The position numbers and the translations under genes are program-made. Under the pieces are notes generated by a model. It saw only the letters and a program-made list of their open reading frames with translations. It was not told where the DNA came from and did not search any database. Below, piece by piece: positions 33,685-44,154 of a DNA stretch of 64,000 bases. The number at the start of each line of letters is the position of its first letter. Positions within the stretch are counted from its first letter, which is position 1. The DNA lies in NCBI GenBank assembly GCA_027319905.1, contig DAHVMJ010000003.1, positions 3,669 through 67,668 of the forward strand. The letters run 5' to 3'. This stretch comes from Candidatus Micrarchaeota archaeon (GTDB lineage: Archaea; Micrarchaeota; Micrarchaeia; Micrarchaeales; CABMGC01).

Positions 33685-34755
33685 TCATTTTTGAGGCTGC
33701 GGTTGTGGAGGCGACTCCTGAGGACCGAAATCCGTTGTCCACTTTATGGTCTTGTACTCGTTCTTTATGTCAACGCTTCTTATCGGCAGTCTGCCCAGGA
33801 TAATCTCTTTCACCTCTCCGGTCACACGCCTTGGACTATGTTTCGCGTACATCTTCTTGTGGTACGCGAGTCCGTATTTGTATGCGGACTTCTGGTCGTC
33901 AAACACGGACATCACGAAAAGCGTGTGGCTCCCTGTCAGAGGCCCGGATATCAGGTACCTGCTTATCAGCGGGTACTCCTCATCAAACATGATGACCTTC
34001 CTCGCCTTCGCAGAACTCTCCTCGAACCCCTCCGTCGGGGTGAAGTCATCGAAAAACGTCATGAATGACAGTTTCTTTTGCAGGTCCATCGTTATTGTTG
34101 CCCTCTTTATGTAGCCGCTTTTCATCAGTTTGTCGAAGTTGTACTTGACAGTGTTGAAGTGCATTCCCAGTTTTTTTGATATCTGCTGGAACGACATCCT
34201 TGCGTTGTCGTTCAGGCACAGGAGAAGGCTCTTGGACTTTTCATCGATGTTGGCCCTGCTTACCGTTTCGTTTCTGAGCGGGAAGAAGCCAAGGTGTCTG
34301 TGGATCATTTCCGAGGCGTGCCACGACACTCCGTACTCTGATAGAAGTACTATCATCGCCATGTTCCAGTGCATGTACTCTCTGCCTGAGAAGGCGTTCG
34401 CGTATATGACCAGGTCATATGAGCCATTCACTGAAAAAGCCACCTGCGGTATGTAAGACTTCGCCAGCATCTCCCTTATCTTGCCGTAATCCGGCTTCTT
34501 CTTGAACTTTACCTCTATGATGTGCGGGCTGTTCAGGCCTAGCGCGCGCTCGTCCAGCTCAAGTATGTACCTCATTCCCGCCTCCTTCTCCAGCCTTTCT
34601 ATCTTATTCTTGATTGTGGCCCTCGAGACGCTGAGCCGCTTCGCAATTTCGGAAACTGACATCCTGGAGTTTTCCGAAAGGAGTCTTACTATTTTTCTTG
34701 AAAGCAGGCTGTACTGCTTGTTGAAGCTGCTCTCGACCTCATACTCTAGGCTCAT
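33685..34755 (-). CDS. Transcriptional regulator with two Lrp/AsnC-type HTH modules
   Basis: 356 aa. The first module is RKIVRLLSENSRMSVSEIAKRLSVSRATIKNKIERL. The second is LLLCLNDNARMSFQQISKKLGMHFNTVKYNFDKL. Each is followed by a RAM-like segment. Confidence 0.75.
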   Translation of the reverse strand: MSLEYEVESSFNKQYSLLSRKIVRLLSENSRMSVSEIAKRLSVSRATIKNKIERLEKEAGMRYILELDERALGLNSPHIIEVKFKKKPDYGKIREMLAKSYIPQVAFSVNGSYDLVIYANAFSGREYMHWNMAMIVLLSEYGVSWHASEMIHRHLGFFPLRNETVSRANIDEKSKSLLLCLNDNARMSFQQISKKLGMHFNTVKYNFDKLMKSGYIKRATITMDLQKKLSFMTFFDDFTPTEGFEESSAKARKVIMFDEEYPLISRYLISGPLTGSHTLFVMSVFDDQKSAYKYGLAYHKKMYAKHSPRRVTGEVKEIILGRLPIRSVDIKNEYKTIKWTTDFGPQESPPQPQPQK

Positions 34756-34865
34756 GCAAAAGCATCGGATGCCAAGAAATATATAACTTTCATAATAACA
34801 AAGAAGCTTCTCAATGTTGCGAAAAAATGAAGCCTTTATTAAAACGCGACACTGATTAGTTCTTG

Positions 34866-36143
34866 ATGGACATCAAGACAAAGGCTTACGTATTCATTAC
34901 GCTCGCGATGGTAGGCGGAGCACTGTTCCCGCTGGCGCTCAAGGTCGCCACAGACAACGGCGCCAACATATTCACCTTCATGTTCTTCTCCTACATAATC
35001 GCCACCGCAACATCATTCACGCTGGTGGTTCTGAAGGGAAAGCTGCCGGAGCTCAGGACCTACCTCCGCAGGCCAAAGGAATACGTCAAAACGGGACTCG
35101 CGGGCTTCGCTTTTGCAGGACTGATATTCTATGGGCTGATCTACGCGGAGCAGTTCATCGCTGCCACGTTCGCCACTGTGATATACAGGATGCAGCCTCT
35201 GCTCATGCTCGCGTTCATCCCGTTCCTGCTCAGAGAGAAAATATCCAGGACGCAGATAGCGGCATTGCTGCTCGGCGTCGGAGGCATATACATAGCACTT
35301 AGCGGCGGCAACCTTCTCGCCTTCTCCGGGGCAAGCACAGTCATGGTACTGTTCCTGTTGCTGATTGTGTTCATCGGGGCGTTCGCAGCGATTTTCATCA
35401 AGAGATACGCGACCAACATGGAGTGCACCATGTTCATGTTCAACTCCGTCTCACTGGTCTTTGCGACAGCTCTCTTCTTCTTCAGCGGTGCGCATCTCAT
35501 GGCGTTTAACACGCTCTCTTTCCTTGCGCTGCTCTACATCGGCATACCAACCAGTGTCTTCGTAACGTACTTCTACTTCAGGGCGTTCAGGACGCTTAAG
35601 ACGACGTTCGTGACAAACTTCTACCTGCTCTCGCCCTTCATAACCGCCGTGTTCGCTGCAGCATTCCTCAGCGAGACGATAGAGCCGTATTATCTGGCAA
35701 TCGCAGTCCTGGTATCTATCGGCATATTCATCCAGAGGTTCGACAAGAAGGGCGGAACATATGCGACGAAGAGCGGGAACAAGCTCAGGGACTTTGTCAT
35801 ATTCGACGTCAGTGGCGCCTTCTCCAACACCGGGGAGGTGGGCATAGCAAACGTGCTGAGGAACGGCGGGAGGGTGCTAGCGGTCAAGCTGTCTGCGAAG
35901 CATGAAAACGCGGTCATGGATATGATAAAAGAGAAGAGCTATTCGAACGTATATACGCACAGGCACGCTCCAATAGCCGAGGAGGTAAACTTCGTCAAGG
36001 AAACTACGGGCGCAGGCCCGGACGACATGATACTGCTCAAGGCCGGAGGGTTCGACGATGGCGAGGCGTTCTTCAGCGATGTGTCCGATGCCGTGGGTCC
36101 GGAGGCTCTCGAGAAGCTCGATTACCATAATAACAACAAGTAG
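34866..36143 (+). CDS. EamA/DMT-superfamily transporter with a soluble C-terminal domain of about 130 aa
   Basis: About 10 TM helices in two EamA-like halves, then a non-membrane tail (KLRDFVIFDVSGAF...LKAGGFDDGEAFF). ATG at 34866; the track uses TTG 34863. Confidence 0.7.
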   Translation: MDIKTKAYVFITLAMVGGALFPLALKVATDNGANIFTFMFFSYIIATATSFTLVVLKGKLPELRTYLRRPKEYVKTGLAGFAFAGLIFYGLIYAEQFIAATFATVIYRMQPLLMLAFIPFLLREKISRTQIAALLLGVGGIYIALSGGNLLAFSGASTVMVLFLLLIVFIGAFAAIFIKRYATNMECTMFMFNSVSLVFATALFFFSGAHLMAFNTLSFLALLYIGIPTSVFVTYFYFRAFRTLKTTFVTNFYLLSPFITAVFAAAFLSETIEPYYLAIAVLVSIGIFIQRFDKKGGTYATKSGNKLRDFVIFDVSGAFSNTGEVGIANVLRNGGRVLAVKLSAKHENAVMDMIKEKSYSNVYTHRHAPIAEEVNFVKETTGAGPDDMILLKAGGFDDGEAFFSDVSDAVGPEALEKLDYHNNNK

Positions 36144-36286
36144 TGTCAATCCTGCAGGATTCAGGAGCCTATTTAAATAAGAAGTTCCATATGTATTGAC
36201 AGGGATCTCAGTTAGCAAAATCTATTTTGTTTAACGAAAATCCCACCCACCCATAAAAGAGGCATGCCTTAAGGCGTGTCCTCTTT

Positions 36287-38125
36287 CTATTTAACAAGCT
36301 TGTTCAGCTCATCGCCGTCGACGTTGAGCCTGTGCCTGCTCATTATGTTCCTCATTATCTCGGCTTTCCCCTCGCCCTTGCCCTCTTCGCGCACAAGCTT
36401 CTCCAGGTTCTTCCCGCTTATCCTTTCCAGCTTCCTTGACCTTATAATCTTATCAACGCCCTTCGCGTCGAGCGGGACCTGCCTGATTATCTCTTCTATG
36501 GCTGCTTTCGTTATCCTCTTCCTGCTGTACTCCTCGAATATGTGCAGCATCGCTCCGTCGGTTATGGCGTCTACGTCTATGCCAAGCCTCCTGGCCTGGG
36601 TCGTTTTCTCCAGCAGCACAGACGCGACCGTACCGCCATCAGCGCCAGTCTTGTCCACTACCTCTAGGAAGAGGCCAAGTTGTGGAGACCAGAGCATCTG
36701 CTCCTCCAGCTGTCTGTTCTTTATCTCCCTGCCCAGCTTCCTCATCGTTTTTTCCACGTCAACGGCGGCTTTCTTTGCCCTCTCGTACTCCTCGGCATCG
36801 AGAGGGATCGGTCTCACGTCAGTCTCAGGATACATCCTCGCCCCTCCCGGAAGCGGCCTCAGGAATGTGGTGACGAGCAGTTTCGGGTCCACGCCCCGCG
36901 TTTCGTTCGGTATCTCGAGCGCCGCCTGCTGCGCCCTTATGTTCGCGAACGCAAGCGCGTTCTCGCAGACGCGCTTCTCTCCGGCGACCATCATGAATGC
37001 GTCGCCTTCCTGGACGCCCAGCATGCGCCTCAGCCCCTCCAGTTCCTCCTCTGCAAAACCATATGCTCCGAGGTCTTCGTCGCTGTGAATTATGCCTCCC
37101 ACTCCGGCAAGCCTTGCGTACCCGCTTATCTCGCTCCCCAGCCGCCGTCCGGGGTTTATCTCCTTGCCCAGCAGTCCCGCGTAACCCTTCAGCCTCGATG
37201 CCATGACCGCGCCGTCAGGGTCTTCAAGGCTTTTCCTTACAATTTTCACCTTCGTGTCTCCCAGCACGCTGGTCACGTCTATCGGAGGATGCACGCGTGC
37301 GTTTCTGCTTTGCAGTTCCTTCTTTATGTCTATAAGGGCGAGCTGTCTCTGCACCTCGCTCTCTATGACCTTGTCCATCGTTTCGAGATCCTGGAATCCC
37401 TTTATCTCCACCCTCGCGCCTCCGCGTATTGAGACGTTCACGTCCTGCCTTATCGAGCCTATGCCTCGCTGCACCCTGCCCGTGAGCCTGAGCGCAAGCC
37501 CTATCCTTCTCGCAACCTCCTTCGCTTCGGCAGGGCTCCTTATCTCGGGTTCTGTGTCTATCTCCACGAGCGGGATCCCGAGCCGGTCGACGTTGTAGAT
37601 AACCGTGCTGCCGTCGCTGTACTCTATTCCGCTCGACTCCTCCTCAAGGAAGATCGAGGTTATGCCTATGCTCCTGCCCCCAGTCTCCAGGTTTCCCCCG
37701 TGTCCTACCAAGAGCGTTCGCTGGAACGCGCTGGGGTCGCTGCCGTCAACCACCTCCTTTCTCATCGGCTCGAGCTCTGCCGGCGCCCACGCGCCGAATG
37801 ACGCAACTATCTGCAGCGCTGTATGGAGCGCCTCCCCGTTCAGCTCGTGCGGAGGTTCCTCGTCCGCGTCCACCAGGCACGTGGTGTTCCTGAAAACGTT
37901 GTAAACGAACTTTCTGCCACGCTGCGTCTCGAACGCCGCGGAGAGGTCTATCCTGCCCAGCTCGCCCGCCACCGCCCTCTGCCGCCTCTGTATCTCGGCT
38001 ACAGAGATGTCGTTTTGCAGCTGCGCATCGCACGAGCAGAAGAGCTTGTGCTGTGTCGCGAGGCGTTGGTGTATCTCCAGCCCGCACATGAACCCAAGCT
38101 TCTCGTAGTCTGTCTCTGACGCCAT
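36287..38125 (-). CDS. gatE: Glutamyl-tRNA(Gln) amidotransferase subunit E
   Basis: 612 aa. N-terminal GLEIHQRL and an archaea-specific insertion. Lies immediately downstream of gatD. Confidence 0.95.
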   Translation of the reverse strand: MASETDYEKLGFMCGLEIHQRLATQHKLFCSCDAQLQNDISVAEIQRRQRAVAGELGRIDLSAAFETQRGRKFVYNVFRNTTCLVDADEEPPHELNGEALHTALQIVASFGAWAPAELEPMRKEVVDGSDPSAFQRTLLVGHGGNLETGGRSIGITSIFLEEESSGIEYSDGSTVIYNVDRLGIPLVEIDTEPEIRSPAEAKEVARRIGLALRLTGRVQRGIGSIRQDVNVSIRGGARVEIKGFQDLETMDKVIESEVQRQLALIDIKKELQSRNARVHPPIDVTSVLGDTKVKIVRKSLEDPDGAVMASRLKGYAGLLGKEINPGRRLGSEISGYARLAGVGGIIHSDEDLGAYGFAEEELEGLRRMLGVQEGDAFMMVAGEKRVCENALAFANIRAQQAALEIPNETRGVDPKLLVTTFLRPLPGGARMYPETDVRPIPLDAEEYERAKKAAVDVEKTMRKLGREIKNRQLEEQMLWSPQLGLFLEVVDKTGADGGTVASVLLEKTTQARRLGIDVDAITDGAMLHIFEEYSRKRITKAAIEEIIRQVPLDAKGVDKIIRSRKLERISGKNLEKLVREEGKGEGKAEIMRNIMSRHRLNVDGDELNKLVK

Positions 38126-38132
38126 GGAATCA

Positions 38133-39458
38133 CTACTCCCATTCGACCTCCGTTCTTTCAGTTATCTCGCCCGCGATGTTCTTGTTCAGCATCTTCGCAG
38201 CCTCAGCGCGCTTGTGGTTGCCCAGCAGCCAGCCAAGCTTGACGAGCGCCACCTCGGGCAGCATGTCCTCGCAGTATATCGCCCCTGTGCCTGCGGCCAG
38301 CCTGAGGTTTCTGTACACGTTAGGGTTGACCCTTCCATACAGCGTCTGGGAGGTTATGCCCACCACCATGCCAGCGTCCACGGCTCTTTTCATGTGTCCT
38401 ATCCACGAGTATCTCTCGTCAGACGGCGCGACGGCAACATGCCCCATGCCCGTCGCCTCGATTATTATGCCCCTGTACCTCTTGCCTATGTAATAATCTA
38501 TTATCTCAGGATCGGAGTTGGGGTAGAACTTCAGCAGAGCCACCTTTGGCTCGTATCCTACTGCAGCCCTCGTAGAAGCGCCTTCTTCTGTCCTTCTCCT
38601 GCTGCCCTCCAGATACTCGATGTTCCCTTCCACGTCCACCCTCGCTATCGGCTTTGAGTTGACCGGCCTGAAGGCGTCGCGTCTGGTCGTGTGCATCTTC
38701 CTCACCTTTGTCCCACGCGTAAAGTTGCAGAACGTGTCTGACGAGCTTGCGTGCATGCAGATGCCCACTTCTGCGATGTTGGCCTTCGCCGCGAGGTGCG
38801 CGGAGCACACGAGATTGACGAACGCGTCGCTGGATCCCCGGTCCACGCTGCGTTGCGCCCCTGTTATCACTACCGGCCCGCTCAGCCCGCTGAGCATGAA
38901 GCTCAGCGCAGCGGAGGTGTAGTGCATTATGTCCGTGCCCTCTGTTATCATAACCCCGTGCGAATCAGACAACGCCTTCGCCGCCGCCCTTGCCATCACC
39001 TGCCAATCCGTGTACATCATGTCCTCGCTCGCCTTCCGCATCGGATTTATGACCTTGATGTTCGCTATGTCGAGTATCTCAGGGACCTGAGCAAGCATCT
39101 CCTCCGGCTCCACCACCATGTGAACCCCGCCGGTTACATAATCGACCTTGCTCTCTATCGTGCCTCCGGTCGAGATCAGCGTGATGTCAGGCAGGCCCTG
39201 CCTCCTGCTGAGCTCCACTCTTGGAAATGCAAACTCCTCCTTCCCGCGCGCCAGCTTCTCCACCTTCGCGCCCCTGCCGATGCTCAGGCCAATGTTGTAT
39301 CCGTTCCTCAACTTGAGAACAACCGCGCCCTGGTCTCCGAACTCTGGCCTCGGGAGCAGGATGCCCTCGAAAGTCTTCCCTTTAGAAACAACGCGCACTG
39401 TGTCGCCTGGCGTTATGCCCTTTTTGTTCAGCAGCGCCTCCAGTTCCTGGGAGTACAT
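38133..39458 (-). CDS. gatD: Glutamyl-tRNA(Gln) amidotransferase subunit D
   Basis: 441 aa. Asparaginase-like STGGTIESKVDYVTGGV and ITHGTD-like ITEGTDIM motifs. Confidence 0.95.
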   Translation of the reverse strand: MYSQELEALLNKKGITPGDTVRVVSKGKTFEGILLPRPEFGDQGAVVLKLRNGYNIGLSIGRGAKVEKLARGKEEFAFPRVELSRRQGLPDITLISTGGTIESKVDYVTGGVHMVVEPEEMLAQVPEILDIANIKVINPMRKASEDMMYTDWQVMARAAAKALSDSHGVMITEGTDIMHYTSAALSFMLSGLSGPVVITGAQRSVDRGSSDAFVNLVCSAHLAAKANIAEVGICMHASSSDTFCNFTRGTKVRKMHTTRRDAFRPVNSKPIARVDVEGNIEYLEGSRRRTEEGASTRAAVGYEPKVALLKFYPNSDPEIIDYYIGKRYRGIIIEATGMGHVAVAPSDERYSWIGHMKRAVDAGMVVGITSQTLYGRVNPNVYRNLRLAAGTGAIYCEDMLPEVALVKLGWLLGNHKRAEAAKMLNKNIAGEITERTEVEWE

Positions 39459-39560
39459 GTTGCAAACTTCGCTTCGCTATTTTAAATTCCTTTCACTACA
39501 CTGTCTGAGATGTGTTTTTATATCTTAACTGAGCAAGGCATCTGCAAATAGTGAGTTACA

Positions 39561-39776
39561 ATGCGATGCGAAAGATGCGGAAGAGAGCTCTTCAAGTTCG
39601 TGGTATGCAACTACTGCAACAGGAAGATAGGGCAGGAGTGCGTAAAGAGCTCGAAGAGGAAGAGCAAGGTGGTCAAGCTTACCATATGCAAGGACTGCTG
39701 GAGCGTCATGCCGAGAAGGAAGGCTTACAAGAACGCCGAGGCGAGCGTCCAGGCGGCGGCGCAGCAGCCGCGCTGA
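39561..39776 (+). CDS. Small zinc-ribbon protein
   Basis: 71 aa. It has three CxxC pairs (CERCG, CNYCN, CKDCW) and a basic tail. Confidence 0.45.
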   Translation: MRCERCGRELFKFVVCNYCNRKIGQECVKSSKRKSKVVKLTICKDCWSVMPRRKAYKNAEASVQAAAQQPR

Positions 39777-39780
39777 CTTG

Positions 39781-42700
39781 CTACAGTTTCTCTATAGCCA
39801 GGTTTAGCTTCTCATCTTCTATCTCGAACTCCTTGGCGTCCGTTCCTCCGGCCACGCCCTCTCGAAGCTCCCTGGCGTTGACGTCCTTCTTTATCTTGGC
39901 GTGGTTCTTTTTCACCACAAGAGCGAGCGGTTCGCTGGCAGCATAGCGCACGTCTATCTTGTCTGCTTTCTTCAGTTGCTTCTCCTTCCTCGCCAGCTGC
40001 ACCCTGCGCTCAAACTCGCGAACCATTCCCTCCTCCCAGAGCTCCTTGCTCATCTTGCCGTCTACCGAGGCTATGCCGTGTCCGAACACCACGGCGTTCT
40101 CGCTTTCCAGCCGCTGCACTATGGCGAAGTGGTTTGCATTGACGTCGACCAGTCCCTTCTCCGTGTGAAGGGAGTAGTGCCCGCTTTCCGCTACAGCGCG
40201 CTCAAGCGCGTCAGCGTTTTCCTTTCTTAGCGCGTCAGCGACCGCACCGGCTTTCTCCTTAAAGTCAGGCCCTATCTTCGCGAAGACCGGCCTCACCTCC
40301 CTGTTGAACGCCTCGACCTTCTTCACGGAAACCTTCTTCGTGTTGGTGTAGTTCTCTATGGTAGGAGCGAGTTTCTCGAACACCTCCTGGGCGTGCGCGT
40401 CTCTGACCTCCAGGACGGCGTTGGCTATCGGCCATCTTAGCTTCAATCCCGCCTTCTCCCGCGCGTTAAGCAAAGCCGTGGTTGCCTCTATCACCATCGC
40501 GAACTCGACCTCTATCTCTTTCCTTATAAGGCTCTCCCTGTACTTCGGCCATGGGAGCAGGGAGACGCTGTCCTCCTGCGCGTAGGTGCTTCTGTACTGT
40601 GCCTCTGTGGCGAAAGGCGCCACCGGCGTTAGCATTATCAGCAGGTTGTAGAAGATGTAGTTGATTGTGTCCATGGTGCGTTTGGCATCGGCCTTCCTGC
40701 CCTCAACTATTCTCTTCTTGGCCGTCTTGAGGTATACTCTGCTGAAGTCGTTTATCAGGAAATCAGTTGTTCCGTTCACGTACTCGTGTATCTCGTACCC
40801 GTCGAGGTGCTCGGTGGCTTCCTTGAGCAGTGTGTTGAACCTCGACACTATCCAGGCATCTTCGCTGACCAGGTTTTCCAGATTTCTCGGCTTCCTTATC
40901 TTTGTGTGTGAATAGCCAAGCGCGGAAGAGTACTCGGAAATAAGGTTGGAGATGTTGTAAAGCATGACTATCGGCCTGCTCGCCTCGTTTATGTGCTCGT
41001 CGCTGAATATGAGATCATACTGCGGGGTGTGCGAAGTGCACCATATCCTGAACGCGTCCGCCGTGTGCTTCTTCAGGAGCTCGTCGAGCGGCACGTAGTT
41101 GCCAAGCCGCTTGTGCATCTCCCTGCCGTCCGCGCCGAGAAGCATGCCATGCGTCACCACGTTGCGGAACGGAGTCTTCCTGTACACCATCACGCTGCTT
41201 TTCAGCTGGTATGCGAACCACGCCCTGAGCTGCTCGACTGCCTCGAGTATGAAGTCCATCGGAAAGAGCTGCTCGAACTGCTCTGCCGTCAGGCTAGCCC
41301 TGAAGGCTATGCTCGAGTCGAACCACACGTCGAGTATGTCCGATACTCTGCGCATCTCCTTGCCGCACTTCTCGCATCTCAGCGCTATCCTGTCTATGTA
41401 CGGCCTGTGAAGGTCTTGGAGCGAGTCAACCGCTTCCTTGCTTGTCGCCCGTTCTTTGAGCTCTGAGCGCGAGCCCACCACCGCGAACTCGCCGCATTCG
41501 CACTCCCATATCGGCATCGGCGCGCCCCAGTACCTCTGCCTCGATACTGTCCAATCCGGCGAGCTGACGAGCACGTTTTCTTCCCACTCTCTCGCCTCAT
41601 TCGGATGCCAGCTCACCTTCCTGTTCTCGCTCACAAGCTTCTTCTTCACCTTCTGTATGTTAATGAACCACTGCTTCGTGGAGATGAACAGAAGCTTTGT
41701 ATCGCATCTCCAGCAGTGCGGGTAGCTGTGCTTTATCGTGCCGCTCCAGGCCAGCGCCCCGGATGATGCCAGGTCGTCAAGCACTCTCCTGTTCGCCTCT
41801 TCCGGCACCTTCAGGCCGGCGTAGGCTCCGGCCTCGCCCGTATATACTGCCTGCTCGTTTACCGGAGAGAAGATTGGCATGCGGTTCTTCTTTCCCAGCA
41901 GATAGTCCTCGAACCCGTGTCCCGGCGCTATGTGCACCAGCCCCGTGCCTTCGTCGCTGGCCACCAGTCCCTCGTCAAGCAAGACCCTGTGATATTTCCT
42001 AAGCTTCTTTTGCTGCTCCACCAGGCTCTCAAGCGGGTTGAAGTAGTATATGCCTTCAAGCTCGCTTCCGTAGAACTCCGCTTCTATGACAAGGCTCTCG
42101 TTCAGCACAGCGGATACCGCCTCGAGCCTGCCCTTTGCCAATATCAGGTGCCTTCCCCCTGCCTTTACCCTGACATAGAGCTCCTTTGGGTTTGCAGCAG
42201 CGGCAACGTTGGCTGGAAGCGTCCAAGGGGTGGTGGTCCAGATCAGCAGGAAGGTCTTGTCCCCGAGCTCTATCCTGGGCTTCGAAAGCTTGGCATTTAT
42301 CTCGAACGCAACGAACACTGACGGGTCTTCGTCCTTCTGGTACTCTATCTCCATGCCGCCCTGCGACACAGCGGTCCCGCAGCTGGGGCAATAGAGCGTG
42401 GCGCGCAGGTCCCTGTATACAAGTTTCTTCTTCCACATCTCCTTGAAGAACCACCATTCCATCTCGATGTACTCATTCTTGTAGGGCAGGTACGGGCTAG
42501 AGAAATCGAGCGACATTCCGAAGCGTTCGTAATCGGCGTCCATCTTCCCTATGTACGCGGTGACGAACTCCTTGCAGCTCTCTATGAACTTCTCAACGCC
42601 TATCTTTGCCTCTATGTCCTTCTTTGAGCCCACGTGCAGATTCGCCTCCACTTTTTTCTCTATAGGCAGGCCGTGCACGTCGTAGCCCGCGCGGTCGTAT

Positions 42701-42915
42701 ACGTCAAAGCCCCGAAGCCTCTTGTACCTGAGTATGACGTCCTTCATCGACTTTACCCACATCTGTCCAGGATGTAGGTCTCCGCTCACGAATGGCGGGC
42801 CGTCGAGAAAGTAGAAGCTTTTCCTCCCCCTGTTCTTTTCCCTAACCTGCTTCATTATGCCCTTTTCGCGCCAGTAGCGTAGTATCTCTTCTTCGCTCTT
42901 GATAGGGTCTAGCAC
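39781..42915 (-). CDS. ileS: Isoleucyl-tRNA synthetase
   Basis: 1044 aa. IWTTTPWTLPANVA and WTVSRQRYWGAPMPIWEC are present. The HIGH region reads GDLHPGQ and the KMSKS region reads REMHKRLGN. Confidence 0.93.
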   Translation of the reverse strand: MLDPIKSEEEILRYWREKGIMKQVREKNRGRKSFYFLDGPPFVSGDLHPGQMWVKSMKDVILRYKRLRGFDVYDRAGYDVHGLPIEKKVEANLHVGSKKDIEAKIGVEKFIESCKEFVTAYIGKMDADYERFGMSLDFSSPYLPYKNEYIEMEWWFFKEMWKKKLVYRDLRATLYCPSCGTAVSQGGMEIEYQKDEDPSVFVAFEINAKLSKPRIELGDKTFLLIWTTTPWTLPANVAAAANPKELYVRVKAGGRHLILAKGRLEAVSAVLNESLVIEAEFYGSELEGIYYFNPLESLVEQQKKLRKYHRVLLDEGLVASDEGTGLVHIAPGHGFEDYLLGKKNRMPIFSPVNEQAVYTGEAGAYAGLKVPEEANRRVLDDLASSGALAWSGTIKHSYPHCWRCDTKLLFISTKQWFINIQKVKKKLVSENRKVSWHPNEAREWEENVLVSSPDWTVSRQRYWGAPMPIWECECGEFAVVGSRSELKERATSKEAVDSLQDLHRPYIDRIALRCEKCGKEMRRVSDILDVWFDSSIAFRASLTAEQFEQLFPMDFILEAVEQLRAWFAYQLKSSVMVYRKTPFRNVVTHGMLLGADGREMHKRLGNYVPLDELLKKHTADAFRIWCTSHTPQYDLIFSDEHINEASRPIVMLYNISNLISEYSSALGYSHTKIRKPRNLENLVSEDAWIVSRFNTLLKEATEHLDGYEIHEYVNGTTDFLINDFSRVYLKTAKKRIVEGRKADAKRTMDTINYIFYNLLIMLTPVAPFATEAQYRSTYAQEDSVSLLPWPKYRESLIRKEIEVEFAMVIEATTALLNAREKAGLKLRWPIANAVLEVRDAHAQEVFEKLAPTIENYTNTKKVSVKKVEAFNREVRPVFAKIGPDFKEKAGAVADALRKENADALERAVAESGHYSLHTEKGLVDVNANHFAIVQRLESENAVVFGHGIASVDGKMSKELWEEGMVREFERRVQLARKEKQLKKADKIDVRYAASEPLALVVKKNHAKIKKDVNARELREGVAGGTDAKEFEIEDEKLNLAIEKL

Positions 42916-42991
42916 ACATGCACCAAAGCAATAGCGTTAGCACTATACTTGCCAATATTATAAAGTTTATGTGCTATACTCGTAGGATTCG

Positions 42992-43603
42992 ATGCGACAG
43001 GCAGACATAACGACCCTCCTGAGATTACCGCTACTCCTGATCGTGATATACACTATCGTAGCCCGCGCAAATCCGCTGATCGTGCTGTTCGCGATTGCGG
43101 TGCTTTTCATCTCCGACGCGGCTGACGGCTACATGGGCACGCAGCACAGGCACACGCTGCCCGATTTCACCCATTACCTGCTAGAAGAGGCGCATCTCGC
43201 AAAGAGGAGAGAGCGAAAACGCGCCCAAGCGCCAGGCTATGCGCCGTTCCTTGACATAGCAGTCGACAGGATAATAGAATACGCCTTTTGGCTGACGTTC
43301 ACCTACCTGCAGATACTTCCGTGGTTCGTTGTTGTCATAATATTTGTCAGGAACACGATTGCCGACGCGCTGGTTTTCAGGAAAGGCAGGACGTTCAGCA
43401 CGATGGAAAGCAGGTTCGGCAGGCTGGCGTCATCGCACATCAGCAGGGGCGCCTACGCCATAATAAAGGCGGTAAACTTTGCCTACCTGGCCATGGTGGC
43501 TGTGGCGTCGTGGCCCATAAGCGTGGGCTATGTGGCGACAACAGTAGTGGTTGCATTTTCTTTGTTGCGCGGAGCTGCTGAAATCTCCGAAGCGCTACGC
43601 TGA
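42992..43603 (+). CDS. CDP-alcohol phosphatidyltransferase-like membrane protein (divergent)
   Basis: 203 aa, multi-TM. SDAADGYMG ... GYAPFLDIAVDRI resembles the D-G-x2-A-R...G-x3-D-x3-D motif, but with a charged insert and no AR. Confidence 0.5.
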   Translation: MRQADITTLLRLPLLLIVIYTIVARANPLIVLFAIAVLFISDAADGYMGTQHRHTLPDFTHYLLEEAHLAKRRERKRAQAPGYAPFLDIAVDRIIEYAFWLTFTYLQILPWFVVVIIFVRNTIADALVFRKGRTFSTMESRFGRLASSHISRGAYAIIKAVNFAYLAMVAVASWPISVGYVATTVVVAFSLLRGAAEISEALR

Positions 43604-43635
43604 TACTCTAATAAACCCTCTTTCATCATACCATC

Positions 43636-44106
43636 ATGCGATCGCAGAGCGCAGTCGAGTTCCTTACCACCTATGGCTGGGCCTTCATCATACTGATGAT
43701 AGTCCTGCTTGCCCTGTTCGAGACCGGTTTCTTCAACCCAGGCACATACTCGGCGCAACAGTGCGTGCTGACCTCTGGGTTCGGCTGCCTGAACTTCTTC
43801 CTGTACTCAAACGGCCTTCTCTACGTGAACCTGCAGCAGTCGCTCAGCGCTCCAATAAATATCACTGCGCTCGGATGCAACAGCAATGCCATAATAGCCA
43901 ACATGCAGGCCCCGTACAACCCGCCGAGCAACCAGATCTTCCTGCCAATTGGCGCCAACTACACCTTCACCATCCAGTGCTACTCGGGTTCAAGCACGGT
44001 GATAGGCAACTCTACCTTCAGCGGCGCGCTCGCCGTAAACTATACCAACGACCTTACGCACCTGCCCTCAACAGCCGTCGGCAAGCTCACGGCGAAACCC
44101 ACATAA
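43636..44106 (+). CDS. Archaeal type IV pilin-like protein
   Basis: 156 aa. Class III signal peptide: MRS then QSAVEFLTTYGWAFIILMIVLLALF. Confidence 0.7.
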   Translation: MRSQSAVEFLTTYGWAFIILMIVLLALFETGFFNPGTYSAQQCVLTSGFGCLNFFLYSNGLLYVNLQQSLSAPINITALGCNSNAIIANMQAPYNPPSNQIFLPIGANYTFTIQCYSGSSTVIGNSTFSGALAVNYTNDLTHLPSTAVGKLTAKPT

Positions 44107-44154
44107 CTTTGTTGCGCCGATTTCTCTCTCAAAACTGTGAAAACTTAATAAACT

